Positions 10,826-21,567 of a stretch of 64,000 nucleotides of DNA are shown here, piece after piece. The translations under genes and the position numbers were made by a program. The notes under the pieces are model-generated. The model searched no databases and was not told the origin of the DNA. It saw nothing but the letters and a program-made list of their open reading frames with translations. Every line of letters begins with the position of its first letter. Within the stretch, counting starts at the first letter, position 1. The stretch is from an uncultured Spirochaetota bacterium (GTDB taxonomy: Bacteria; Spirochaetota; Spirochaetia; SZUA-6; CAVTHK01): NCBI GenBank assembly GCA_963734495.1, contig CAVTHK010000010.1, positions 292,568 to 356,567 on the forward strand, given 5' to 3'.

Positions 10826-11936
10826 TCAGGCCTTCTCTCCCTCGGGCTCGCCGAAGATCCCGGTGGGCCGCACGAGGAGCACGATGATGAGGATGGTGAA
10901 CGCCACGGCATCGCGCATGGGCGTGGAGATGTAGCCCATGGTGAGCGCCTCGGCCTGGCCCATGATCAGGGCCCCTACGAATGCGCCGGGGATGCTTCCG
11001 ATGCCGCCGAGGACCGCGGCCACGAAGGCCTTGAGACCGGGAAGGATCCCGAGCTGGCTCCAGATGGAGCTGTAGGCGATGGCGTACAGCACGCCCCCGA
11101 GTCCCGGCGAACGCGGCGCCGGTGGCGAACGTGAACGAGATCACGCGGTCGACGTTGATGCCCATCAGGCGCGCGGTCGGCTTGTCGAACGACGTCGCGC
11201 GCATCGCGACTCCGATCCTGGTCCTGCGCACCAGGAACTGCAGCACCAGCTGGACCGCGATCGACGCGAGCATGATGATGACGAGGATATTGGAGAAGGT
11301 CACCGAGCCGGTCGGCGGGGTCTGCCCCTGGACGACCCGCGAAACGGTGCTGCCGGTCGCGTACCACGCGATGACATCGAACGGCCGCTCGTAGGGGATG
11401 AAGCGCGGCGAGAAGACGAAGTTCAGGGCGCCGAAGAACTCGAGGAAGAACGAGATGCCGATCGCGGTGATCAGCGCCGCGATCCGCGGCGCGTCGCGCA
11501 GCGGCTTGTATGCGACCCGCTCGATCGTGACCGCGAGCACCACGCACACGAGCATGGACAGGAGAATCACCGTGGCCGAGCCGATCACCACCGAGAGGCC
11601 GCGGGGGAACCCGGCGAAGACCGCGGCGGGCCACTCGTGCAGCCGGAAGCGCGCGACCGCGTAGTAGCTGACGAACGAGCCGACCATGAACACGTCGCCG
11701 TGGGCGAAGTTGATGAGGCGCACGATGCCGTACACCATGGTGTAGCCCAGGGCGATGAGGGCGTACACGAAGCCGAGCTGGAGACCGCTCACCAGCATCT
11801 GGATGAACAGGCTCGGCTCCTTCACGGCGTTGACAGCCAGGATGTAGATCGCCAGGGCGGCAATCACCAGCAGGAACCCCTGCCCGACCCAGGCCAGCGG
11901 CCGGCGCCTGCGGAACTCTACCGGTGCGGCTCGCAT
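10826..11936 (-). CDS. livH: Branched-chain amino acid ABC permease (LivH); frameshift near 11100
   Basis: YALIALGYTMVYGIVRLINFAHG, GVAMRA and KAFVAAVLGGIGS. Confidence 0.88.
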
Positions 11937-11969
11937 ACGAGACTCTCTCCTCCACGGGTGCGCGAGGCG

Positions 11970-12003
11970 CAAAACAAGAGGGCAACCGCACCCGGTTGCC
12001 CTC
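11970..12003 (-). terminator. Intrinsic terminator-like hairpin between livK and livH
   Basis: Perfect 11-bp stem GAGGGCAACCG/CGGTTGCCCTC with a 4-nt loop, followed on the minus strand by TTGTTTT. Confidence 0.7.
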
Positions 12004-12091
12004 CCGTGTTCCTTCAAGATCGTCGAGGGCTCTCCGTGGGGAGAGCCGGTCCTGCGGGCGGAGGCCAGACGGTCCCGCCCGCGGGCCGAAG

Positions 12092-13276
12092 TTACGGGTT
12101 GACGACCGTCTCGAACTGAACCTTTCCGCCCTTGACCGCGAGGATCGTGGCAGACTTGACCGGGTTGTTCTGGGCGTCAAAAGAGATCTTGCCGGAAACG
12201 CCCTGGAACTGGAGCTTGGAGAGGGCATCCCTGACCGCGGTCGTGTCGTCGACGCCGGCGTTGTTGATGGCCTGGAGCAGCAGGTTGGTCGCATCGTAGG
12301 CGAGGGCCGCGAGCGCGTCCGGGACCTTGCCCTGGCCCTTGTCGTCCTTGAACTTCGCGGCGTAGGCCTTCTTGAAGTTCACGACCGCGGGGCTCGGGTC
12401 GTCGGGCGAGTAGTGGTTGGTGAAGAAGCCGCCGTCCGACGCCTTGGTGTCGAGGTCCGAGGAATCCCAGCCATCACCACCCATGAACGGGGCCTTGATC
12501 CCCTTCTCCTTGGCCTGCTTGGTGGCGAGGTTCACGATGTTGTAGTAGTCGGGCAGGTACACGACATCCGGCTTGGCCGCCGCGACCTTCGCGAGGATGG
12601 CGGAGAAGTCGGTGTCCTTGGCCGTGTAGCTCTCCTTGCCCACGATCTTGCCGCCGCCCTTGGTAAAGGCGGCCTCGAAGAACTCGGCGAGACCCTTGAC
12701 GTAGTCATTGGCCTGGTCGAGCATGATGAACGCCGTCTTGGCCTTGAGCGTGGTCAGCGCGAACTTCGCGCCCACCGAGCCCTGGAACGGATCGATGAAG
12801 CAGGCGCGGAAGATGAAGGGCTTGGTCTTGCCGGTAGAATCGACCGTGACCGCCGGGTTGGTCGACGTGGGGCTGACCTCGATCACCTTCTTGGCGTTGG
12901 CGATCTCGGAAACGGGGATCGACGCCTTGGAACAGACCTCGCCGATGATGTAGTGGACCTTGTCCTGGTCGATGACCTTGTTGGCCGCGTTCACCGCGGG
13001 GTCCGGGGTGCACTGGCTGTCCTCGACGATCGCCTGGACCTTGACCTGCACCTTGTTCGCGCCGGCCTTGGGGGCGATGCTCACGCCGCCCTTGGTGTTC
13101 CACTCCTCGATGGCGAGGAGGGCGCCGTCACGCGTCGAGACACCGAACGTCGGCACCGGGCCCGACAGCGGCGCCAGGATCGCGGCCTTGATGACCTTCG
13201 GGGCCGGGGCGCCGCACGCACTCAGCAGGAGTGCCGCGACGAGCAGGGCGCCGATGAGCCTGAGTACTCGATTCAT
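12092..13276 (-). CDS. livK: Branched-chain amino acid ABC substrate-binding lipoprotein (LivK/LivJ family)
   Basis: Lipobox LLLSAC, APLSG, IIGEVCS, FRACFIDPFQG, GGDGW and LAYDA. Confidence 0.88.
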   Translation of the reverse strand: MNRVLRLIGALLVAALLLSACGAPAPKVIKAAILAPLSGPVPTFGVSTRDGALLAIEEWNTKGGVSIAPKAGANKVQVKVQAIVEDSQCTPDPAVNAANKVIDQDKVHYIIGEVCSKASIPVSEIANAKKVIEVSPTSTNPAVTVDSTGKTKPFIFRACFIDPFQGSVGAKFALTTLKAKTAFIMLDQANDYVKGLAEFFEAAFTKGGGKIVGKESYTAKDTDFSAILAKVAAAKPDVVYLPDYYNIVNLATKQAKEKGIKAPFMGGDGWDSSDLDTKASDGGFFTNHYSPDDPSPAVVNFKKAYAAKFKDDKGQGKVPDALAALAYDATNLLLQAINNAGVDDTTAVRDALSKLQFQGVSGKISFDAQNNPVKSATILAVKGGKVQFETVVNP

Positions 13277-13366
13277 ACCGTTTCTCCCTTCTCTGGTCTT
13301 GCCTCTCCGCGGCCCGCAAAGGCCGATCCGGTGGGCATTTCCGTGCATCGCAGGATGCTGCTCGCG

Positions 13367-13396
13367 ACTATACAAGCCGCCAAACACCGTTGTCAA
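13367..13396 (-). promoter_or_regulatory. Sigma70-type promoter of the first liv operon
   Basis: TTGACA-18 bp-TATAGT on the minus strand, overlapping the stop codon of the upstream gene. Confidence 0.6.
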
Positions 13397-13827
13397 TTGC
13401 TTTTCGAGCCAGCCGCCTGCCTCGCCGCGGAGGCGCCCATGAACAGGTTCCTTACGTCGGGCTGCTCGAAGTACCAGATGAGGACCGCCGAAAGCGACAT
13501 CGAGACCAGGGACACCACGATGTGGACGACGTCCAGCCGCTGCACCCCGCCCACGACGACCGTCGCGTGGGGCATGAGCATCATGAGCTTGCTGATGATG
13601 CTGAAGCCCTGGGCGAACGAGAAGAGGTACCAGGGCCACGGAGCGGCCGAGCCCCGGAACAGCACCTGCACCGCCGAGACCAGGGCGAGCGCGGCCAGCA
13701 GGGCGGGCAGCCACCACTCCTGCGACGTCAGCGCGTAGGCGCCGGGCCGCAGCGCGATGACCGGGAGCAGCTGCAGCGCGATGACGGCTCGCGCCGCACC
13801 ACGCCGCAGAAGGGCCTGACGCAGCAT
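13393..13827 (-). CDS. Hypothetical membrane protein (about 4 TM segments)
   Basis: 144-aa hydrophobic ORF with a purine-rich RBS and a TATGAT box upstream. Confidence 0.7.
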   Translation of the reverse strand: MLRQALLRRGAARAVIALQLLPVIALRPGAYALTSQEWWLPALLAALALVSAVQVLFRGSAAPWPWYLFSFAQGFSIISKLMMLMPHATVVVGGVQRLDVVHIVVSLVSMSLSAVLIWYFEQPDVRNLFMGASAARQAAGSKSN

Positions 13828-13919
13828 CGCACCCCCCTCTCGGACGGACTTCGCGCGATCATAGCTCCGGCAAGCGGGGCTTGTCGAGCAAGCGTGCGCG
13901 GCCGCGGCTCCGCGCGCCT

Positions 13920-16166
13920 CTATCCGCCGGCCCGCCGCGCGGCCTCGCCCGAGGCCGCCTGCTCGGAGTGCCCGGCGAACCAGATCGCCGCCCCGGCGAC
14001 GAGGAAGCGGAACCGCGAGAGCTGCACGAGCGACTCCCGGTTCAGCGCCGCCACCAGAAAGGCGGCCACGTCGACCTGACGGTCCGTGGTCGCCGCCGAC
14101 TGCAGGGTCTGGAGCGCGCCGGCCGCGAACGCGGGCCCCCCCCGGATCACATTGGACAGCACCTGCCCGGCGGCGCCTTCGAGGGTCTCCGGAGGGAGCG
14201 TGGCGCGCATCTCCTGGACCCCGGCCGCCTCGTTCTTCAGGAAGACGCAGTACAGCGGGTAGAACCAGTCCGAGAGGCCGGCGATCTCCGCTACCGCCAG
14301 CACGATCTCGTCGCGCACAAACGGAGCGCTGTTCGCCTCGAGCTTGTCGAGCAGCGCCGGGATCACGAACGGGTCGTGAAAGAGAACCATGGCCCTGGCG
14401 GCGTGCAGGATCACGCGGGGGTTGTCGGTGTCGATGAGGATCCGCCTGATCTGGGGAATGCTCCGCCGGTCGCTCACTTGCGCGAGCGCCACCATGGCCC
14501 TCCCGACGAGCATGAAATCCTCGCTGTTGAGGGCCGCCCTGAGGTCGGGGATGGCTTCGGCGATCTTCCAGTTGCCGAGGATCTCCGCCGCCGTGGGCCC
14601 CGTCGTGAAATGGTGCTCCCGGACCTCGGTGATGAGCGCCTTGACGGCCGCCGGCACGATCGGCGCGCTGCGAAGCGCGTTCAGCGCCGCCGAGCGCACC
14701 GCGAAGCTCGGCGAGGACAGCCGTGCGAGCAGGTCATGCACGGAGACGACCGAGGGCGACTCGCCGAGCTCCTGGATGGTGGCCTGCTCCTCCGCGATGC
14801 TGCGGTAGCGGCCCAGGCGGCGCAGCAGCAGCACGGCGCGGACGTCACGCGGCGAGAAGAGGATCGAGATGGTGTTCAGAATGGAGAAGGCGCCGATGTC
14901 CGGCAGCCCCCGGATCATCAGGATGACGACCACCAGCAGGACGCCGAGGCCGGCAAAGTAACACTGGAACGCCGTCGCAGGCGCCAGGCCGACGAACGTC
15001 TGGAGCGAGTCCAGCAGCAGGCCGCCGCCGAAAGCGCCGGCGAACCCGGCGACTCCCGACGAGACATTGAACACGACGCCGAGGTTGAGCCTGTCTTCGG
15101 GCTTCACGGTGGCGAAGAAGTAGTCCTGCGCGCAGTTGCTCATCCCGACCGAGCCGAGCTGGTAGACAAAGAACACGGCGCCCGGCACCAGCCAGAACAG
15201 CAGGCCGCTCTCGTGCGCCGGCAGCACGGCGACCGGCACGGCGGTCAGTGCGGTGATCACGCCGAACGTGAAGAACAACGGCTTGGCGCCGACGCGGTCC
15301 ATGAACAGCCCGGCGACGACCGCCATGGCCATGACCCCCAGCCCTCCGAGCACGTTGATGTACACGATGCTCGCGTCGGTGTGCTGGTACAGGCGCTTGA
15401 AGAAGACGATGAGAAAGGAGCCCGTCCCGGCCTGCGCGAGGCTCATGACGAAGAAGAGCGCGATCAGCCGGCGGAACCCGACCTGCGCGAGGCCGCGCCG
15501 CACCGCGGGCAGAAGCGGATCGGTGTAGCCGTTTTCAGCCACGCGCGGCTCGGGGAGCCGGAACATCGCGCGCGAGGCGATCAGGCCGATGACGATCCCG
15601 CACGCGATGAAGAGAACGTAGGTCGCGGGCTCGGGGTCGCGGCTGAGCATCACCCCCATGATCAGCCAGACGCCGAGCGTGAACGACTGGTTCAGCGACT
15701 GGATGCGGGACAGGAATGCGCCCCGGTCCTTGTCGCCCGCGACCTCGCCCAGGATCGGTTTCTCGCTCGCGATCGCGACGCCCTTGGAGGTGTGAAAACC
15801 GAAGACCGCGAGGCCGAGCAGCGCAAAGGACAGCGTCGGGTTCGAGCGCACCGCGGGCAGCACCGTGAGCAGCGCCGGGATCATCATGATGTAGCGCAGC
15901 GCCCAGAAGCTGCCCATGACCCGGATCGCGCCGAAACGGGCCACGAGCGGCCGCCCGGCCAGCAGGAATGCCAGGGACAGGTACATGAAGGACTGGAACA
16001 GCCCGAGGAGGGTGTTGCCGGCCCCCAGGCGGATCGCGTAAAGCGTGATGATGTTGCCCGCGAGCAGGTTGAAGGAAATCCCATTGAGGACGCTGAAGGT
16101 GTAGTAGCGCCTCTGCGCCCTGGCGCGCTCGGAAGTCGTGAGCGGTTCGGTGGAGGGAGCCTTCAC
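13920..16166 (-). CDS. MFS transporter fused to a C-terminal HEAT-repeat domain
   Basis: N-terminal ~430 aa hydrophobic with GLFMDRVGAKP motif A; C-terminal helical repeats such as LLARLSSPSFAVRSAALNAL and AAEILG..AIPDLRAAL. Confidence 0.82.
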   Translation of the reverse strand: MKAPSTEPLTTSERARAQRRYYTFSVLNGISFNLLAGNIITLYAIRLGAGNTLLGLFQSFMYLSLAFLLAGRPLVARFGAIRVMGSFWALRYIMMIPALLTVLPAVRSNPTLSFALLGLAVFGFHTSKGVAIASEKPILGEVAGDKDRGAFLSRIQSLNQSFTLGVWLIMGVMLSRDPEPATYVLFIACGIVIGLIASRAMFRLPEPRVAENGYTDPLLPAVRRGLAQVGFRRLIALFFVMSLAQAGTGSFLIVFFKRLYQHTDASIVYINVLGGLGVMAMAVVAGLFMDRVGAKPLFFTFGVITALTAVPVAVLPAHESGLLFWLVPGAVFFVYQLGSVGMSNCAQDYFFATVKPEDRLNLGVVFNVSSGVAGFAGAFGGGLLLDSLQTFVGLAPATAFQCYFAGLGVLLVVVILMIRGLPDIGAFSILNTISILFSPRDVRAVLLLRRLGRYRSIAEEQATIQELGESPSVVSVHDLLARLSSPSFAVRSAALNALRSAPIVPAAVKALITEVREHHFTTGPTAAEILGNWKIAEAIPDLRAALNSEDFMLVGRAMVALAQVSDRRSIPQIRRILIDTDNPRVILHAARAMVLFHDPFVIPALLDKLEANSAPFVRDEIVLAVAEIAGLSDWFYPLYCVFLKNEAAGVQEMRATLPPETLEGAAGQVLSNVIRGGPAFAAGALQTLQSAATTDRQVDVAAFLVAALNRESLVQLSRFRFLVAGAAIWFAGHSEQAASGEAARRAGG

Positions 16167-16255
16167 GATGAGTCCAGTATAGCCCGCGATCCCGGTCACC
16201 TTCAACGATCGGCGGCCGGCGGCGCGGCCCGGCGCGCCACGGCGCGCCCCGGCGA

Positions 16256-16284
16256 TTGACAGCGCCGCCGGCCGCTCCTATCGT
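16256..16284 (+). promoter_or_regulatory. Sigma70-type promoter for the GH42 gene
   Basis: TTGACA-17 bp-TATCGT. Confidence 0.65.
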
Positions 16285-16308
16285 GGTGCCCGAGGGGCAG
16301 CGGCGCAG

Positions 16309-18227
16309 ATGTACTACGGCGTGCAGTATTACCCGGAGCACTGGCCGGAGGCGCGTTGGGCGGTCGACGCGGACATGATGGCGCGGGCGGGCGTCAACAC
16401 GGTCCGCATGGGCGAGTTCGCGTGGAGCGCGTACGAGCCGGAGCAGGGTCGCCTGGAGCTCGGGTGGATGGATCGCGCCCTCGAGGTCCTCGCGAGGCGC
16501 GGCATCCGCGCAATCATGTGCACGTGCTCGCGCACGCCGCCCCCCTGGGTCTTCCGCCGCTACCCCGGCGTGGGCACGGTCGGGCCCGACGGCCTCCCGG
16601 TCAACACGGGTCACCGCTATACCGTGGGCCTCGCTCACCCTGAGTTCGTCGAGCTCTCCGAAGGCATCGACCGGGCCGTGATCGGGCACTTCGCCGGACA
16701 TCCCGCGATCGTCGGATGGCAGATCGACAACGAAGTGGGCTCGGGCAACGATTGTTACTGCCCGCGCTGCCACAGCCTCTTTCAGGAGCGACTCGCCGCC
16801 GAGCACGGCACGGTCGGGGCGCTCAACGAAGCCTGGGGCAGCCACTTCTGGTCGTTCACGTTCTCCTCGTTCGACGAGGTGCCGCTGCCGCGCTCCCAAC
16901 CCCAGCTCGCCCTCGCCTACCGCCGCTTCCTCTCGGGCCTGAACGTGCTCTTCGCCCGACGCCGCGCCGAGATGATCCGCGAGCTCGACCCTGGCAAGTT
17001 CGTGACGACCAATTTCCAGTCGTTTGCCGCCCGCCACACCGATTACTTCCGGATGGCGCCGCTGCTGGACGTCAACGGGATGAACCACTATCCCCCGCGA
17101 TCCCCGGAGCTCATCCTCGATTACTACCGCGGGACGCGCGGAAAGGTGCTCTCGCTCGAGCAGTGCACGCGCCTCGCCCCCGTCGACATCGGCGAGGGCT
17201 GGATGCGGCTGTGGGCCTGGCGCGCGATCGCCCACGGCGCCTGCGGGCATCAGCTTCTTCCGCTGGCGCTGCTGCCGGTGGGGCCAGGAGCAGCACGCCG
17301 ACGGCATCCTCCCGCACAGCGGCCGCGAGAACCGCCGCTACCGGGAGCTCGCCCGCATGGGCGCCGAGATCGCGCGGGTCGGCGAGCTCGATCGACCGGA
17401 CCGCGCCCGACAACGGCGCGGCGATCGTGGTGAGCTACGACTCGCGGTGGGCGCTGGAGGCGGGCCTGGGGAACAGGGACTTCGACCCCGCGGCCGAAGC
17501 CGTGCGCATCCACGAACGGCTGCTGGAGCGCAACATCGGCGCGGACGCCACGGACCCGCGCGATCCCCTGGAGCGCTACGCGCTCGTCTTCGCCCCCCGG
17601 CTTTTTCTCGTGGACCCGGCCATCGCCGCGAACCTCCTCCGATACGTCGAATCCGGCGGCCTCCTCTGCCTCACGGCGGCCAGCGGCGTGGTGGACGAGC
17701 ACAACAAGAGCTTCGACGCCCCGCGCCCCGGGCCGCTCGCCGCGATGGCCGGGATCGAGGTGAGCGACCTCGCGCCGCTGCACAAGCCGCTGCCTCTGGA
17801 GAGCGCGGCGATCGCCGCCCTGGACGGCCGCGAGGCGACCCTGCTCGCCGACGAGATCCACCCGACGACGGCCGCCGTGCTGGCCCGCTTCGCCTCGGGA
17901 TGGCGCACCGGGCTTCCGGCGATCACGCTCAACGCGATCGGCAAGGGCCGCGTGGCTTACGTCGGCACGGGCCTGGAGGGGCCGGCCCTCGCCGCCCTCG
18001 TGGACCACCTGTGCGGCCTCGCCGGCCTGCGGCCGCTCGTCGACACGCCGCCCGGCGTCCGCGCGCACCAGCGTCGCGGCGGGGGAACGGGGCTGATGTT
18101 CCTGCTCAACTACACCGACGAGGAGCAGCACGTCGCGGTCGGGGCCGGCTGGCGGGACGCCATCGGAGGCGAGCCCGTGCCGAGAGCCAGGGTCGCGCCC
18201 GTCGACATGCGGCTGCTCCGCCAGTAG
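16309..18227 (+). CDS. Beta-galactosidase, GH42; frameshift near 17250
   Basis: YYGVQYYPEHW, GEFAWS, WQIDNE, DCYCPRC and LNEAWG; trimerisation domain and FLLNY in the second frame. Confidence 0.9.
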
Positions 18228-18317
18228 CATGGCCGCCTGACTGTCGGCCGGCCGCCGTTCGCGCCGTTGCAGCATGTCCGGCCGCGGCAGAGCGCGGCCG
18301 GCGCAGGAGGACAAGCC

Positions 18318-19728
18318 ATGACGCTCAGCCGGGAATGGCTGGAAAAGGCCCGCGCCATCGTGGGCGACGACGGTCTGCTGCTGGAGCCGGCGGACACCGA
18401 GCCCTACGGCCACGACGAGTTCGCGACCGAGGACTTCGCCGCGCGGCCGGCCGCCGTGGTCCGCCCGTCGACCGAAGAGCAGGTCGCGTCGCTGGTGAGG
18501 CTCTGCTCGCGAAACCGGCGTCCCCGTGACGGCGCGGGGCGGCGGCACGGGGCTCGCCGCCGGGTGCGTCCCTTCGCCCGGCGGCATCGTGCTCTCGCTC
18601 GAGCGCCTCGACCGGGTGCTCGAAGGCAGCGCGGACGACGCCACGCTCACGGTCGAGGCGGGGGTCGAGCTCGGGACGATCTACAAGGAGGCGGAAAAGC
18701 TCGGCCTCTCGTTCCCGCCCCATCCCGGCGACGAGAGCGCGCAGGTCGGCGGCGCGGTGGCGACCAATGCGGGCGGCTCGCGCGCGGTCAAGTACGGGAC
18801 CATCCGCAACTTCGTCCGCGGCCTCCGGGTCGTGCTCGCCGACGGCGAGATCGTGGAGCTCGGCGGCGGCTTCATGAAGTCGAGCACCGGCTACAACCTG
18901 ATGGCGCTCATGATCGGGTCCGAGGGCACCCTCGGCATCATCACCCGCGTCACGCTCTCGCTGCTCCCGCCGCCGGGCTCGATCCAGACGCTCGTGGCGC
19001 CGTTCGCCGCCGTCGAGCAGGCCATCGAAGCGGCGCCCGGCATCCTGCGCGCCGGCATCATCCCGTTTGCCGTGGAGTTCCTCGAGCACTCCGTGATCAG
19101 GACCGCCGAGCGCATGCTCGACCGCCCGTGGCCCGCGCGGAAAGGCACTGCGTCCCTGATGGTGATCCTCGAGGACGCCAGCGACACCGCGCTGCTCGAA
19201 CAGGCCGAGCGGATCGCCGCGTTGCTCGAGGAACGCGGCGCCCTCGACGTGCTGCTCGCGGAGCACAAGGAGCAGCAGGCCCAGATCCTCGAGATGCGCA
19301 GCCTCCTGTACGAGGCTCTCAGGCCGGGCACGGCCGAGCTCTTCGACATCTCGGTCCCCCGCGGGCAGATCGCGGGGCACGTGCGCTTCGTCCACGACCT
19401 CGAGGCGCGCCTCGCCGTGCAGCTGCCGACCTACGGCCACGCGGCCGACGGCAACGTGCACACGCACACGCTGCGCCGGCGCCTCGAGGACGGCGTGTTC
19501 GGCGACGAGGTGCCGGACTGGCACGCGCGGAGCGAGACGGTGCGCCGCGAGCTCTACGCCGACGCGATCCGGCGCAGGGGCGTCATCTCCGGCGAGCACG
19601 GCATCGGCCTCGCGAAGCGGAGCTTTCTCGAGCAGAACGTGGGCCACCACGCGGTGGCGGCCATGCGGGCGATCAAGACGGCTCTCGATCCCAGGGGGAT
19701 CCTCAACCCCGGGAAGGTACTGCCGTGA
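18318..19728 (+). CDS. FAD-linked oxidase (GlcD/D-lactate dehydrogenase family); frameshift near 18510
   Basis: AGGAGG RBS, ARGGGTGL, GGAVATNAGG, IGSEGTLGII, GHAADGNVH, ISGEHGIG and LDPRGILNPGK. Confidence 0.88.
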
Positions 19729-20903
19729 TCAGGCCTGCGCCGGCCCGAACCTGATCGACAGCCGCTGGTCGGCGTGCGCGGCCCCGGCGATCGGCTTCCC
19801 CTGCAGGAACCGCGGCAGGAACACCTTGCGCTTGTAGGGGCCTGCCTGGATCGTGAGCTCATCCCCGCGCTGGCTCAGCTTGAGCCGATCCTTCTCGAGG
19901 AACGGCACGGAGAGCACCATGAGGTACCCGTCTCCGTCCTTCGTGATGTTCTGCACGGAGCCGCGGTGCATCACCGCGGCGGGGTCCGCGTGCCCGAACG
20001 CGATCTCACCCATGCGGGCGAGCATGCGACGCCGAGCACTTCGGTCTCGAGCAGGGGGACGCGCAGGATCGGCAGCGGGTGGAAGCTCGCGCCGATCTCC
20101 GCCTCGTACTTGCGATGGATCTCGCGCCAGCCCGACCAGTAGCCCCCGCCCGCCTCGTCGGGCAGGAGCCGGTTCAGGATCACCGCGTCGGTGTTGAAGC
20201 CGAAGAGGTTCAGATAGGTCAAGGCGCGCCTCGCCTCCTCGATCACCATCCTCTCGGGGTTCAGCACGATCCGGATCGAGGTCGTGTCGCCGTCGGCGAT
20301 GATCGCGTGCAGCGCCTCCACGTTGCGCGCGAGAGACTCGATGCCGTCCACGACGCCGTCGTCCGGCAGCTCCAGCCCGCGGGTGGCGACCTTGACCACG
20401 GGCCGCGCCACCTTGAGGGCCCGCCGCTGATACGGCAGGATCCGCTCGAGCCACCAGCGGATCAGGTCGGGGTAGCCGAGCAGGCGCAGCGTCTCTCCCG
20501 TTGGCGCGCAGTCGACCACGACGACGTCGAAATGCCCGCTGGTGGCGTGGCTGCGGATCTCCATCAGGCTGAAGAGCTCCTCCATTCCCGGAAAGATCAC
20601 CATCTCCTCCGACGTGATCCCGTCGAGGTCGGCCCAGCTCAGCACACGCGACAGCCAGTCCCTCACCACGCCCCAGTGCTTTTCCGACTCGACCAGGCTG
20701 TCGACCTCGAGCCCCCACAGGCGCTCCGCGACCTGCGTCGGCGCGCTCGCCAGCGGCACGCACAGGGAGTCGGACAGACTGTGGGCCGCGTCCGTGCTCA
20801 TCACCAGGGTGCGCCGCCCTTCGCGGGCGAGGCGGACGGCCGTCGCCGCCGCGATGCTGGTCTTTCCGACTCCGCCTTTTCCCGTATAGACGATGATCCT
20901 CAT
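19729..20903 (-). CDS. ArsA/Get3-family ATPase with a C-terminal Hsp20-like domain; frameshift near 20030
   Basis: GKGGVGKT, STDAAHSL, DCAPTGET and VLNPERMVIEE; C-terminal LSVPFLEKDRLKLSQRGDELTIQAG. Confidence 0.88.
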
Positions 20904-20937
20904 GCTTCGACCCTCCCGTGCGCCCCGCCGGTCCCCG

Positions 20938-21426
20938 TCAGTCGATGGGGATGCTGCGGGCGCTCTTGCCTGTGCCTTCCGCCTCCGCCTCCTCGGCCTT
21001 GCGCCCGGCGGAGGCCGCTCGGACCGCCTTCATCACCAGCTCAACCAGCCGCGCCAGGTCGTCGGGGTCGATCACGGACTTCACGCGCTCGAACACGCCC
21101 TCAACCGCCGAAGCGGCCCGGCGCGCCGTCGCCCGGCCTCTCGCCGTGAGCCGCAGCAGGCTCACGCGTCCGTCGGTCTCCGCCCGCCTCCGCGTCGCGT
21201 ACCCCAGCCGCACGAGCCTGCGCGCCACGCTCGTGAGCGTGCTCATCGGCGCGCCGAGCTCCGCGGCGAGCGCCGACAGCGAGAGCTCGCCCCTCAGCGA
21301 CAGCACGATGATGGCGAGCAGCTCGGAGCGCCTCGGCATGTTCTCCCACTCGACGATGCGCGAGAACAGCCCGAAAGGCCCCGCGACGCTCCGGAGGAAC
21401 AGCTCAAAGAGCTCCTGCATCGTCAC
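20938..21426 (-). CDS. MarR-family transcriptional regulator
   Basis: LSLSALAAELGAPMSTLTSVARRLVRLGY...DGRVSLLRLTARG; GGAGG RBS. Confidence 0.85.
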   Translation of the reverse strand: MTMQELFELFLRSVAGPFGLFSRIVEWENMPRRSELLAIIVLSLRGELSLSALAAELGAPMSTLTSVARRLVRLGYATRRRAETDGRVSLLRLTARGRATARRAASAVEGVFERVKSVIDPDDLARLVELVMKAVRAASAGRKAEEAEAEGTGKSARSIPID

Positions 21427-21509
21427 CTCCTCCTCCCGGGGCCCGCCCCGAGCCGCCGCCAGGCCGGCGCGGCACGGGCCCGCGCCGCCTCCGCGCGCGC
21501 GATTTCAAT

Positions 21510-21527
21510 TACTACGTTTTCGTACTA
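21510..21527. promoter_or_regulatory. Imperfect palindrome, putative MarR operator
   Basis: TACTACG-TTTT-CGTACTA (one mismatch) in an AT-rich patch ~85 bp upstream of marR. Confidence 0.6.
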
Positions 21528-21567
21528 TCGGAAAGAGCGCGACGGGAGGGAATGAGCGCGAACCGGG

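Noticed and set aside
13881..16259. 792-aa plus-strand ORF, and similar long ORFs such as 38289..40838 and 11924..13738
   Set aside because: Antisense to well-supported genes and compositionally typical of shadow ORFs
19729..20903. Arsenic resistance operon
   Set aside because: No arsB/acr3, arsC, arsD or arsR; the single ATPase domain plus Hsp20-like tail differs from canonical ArsA
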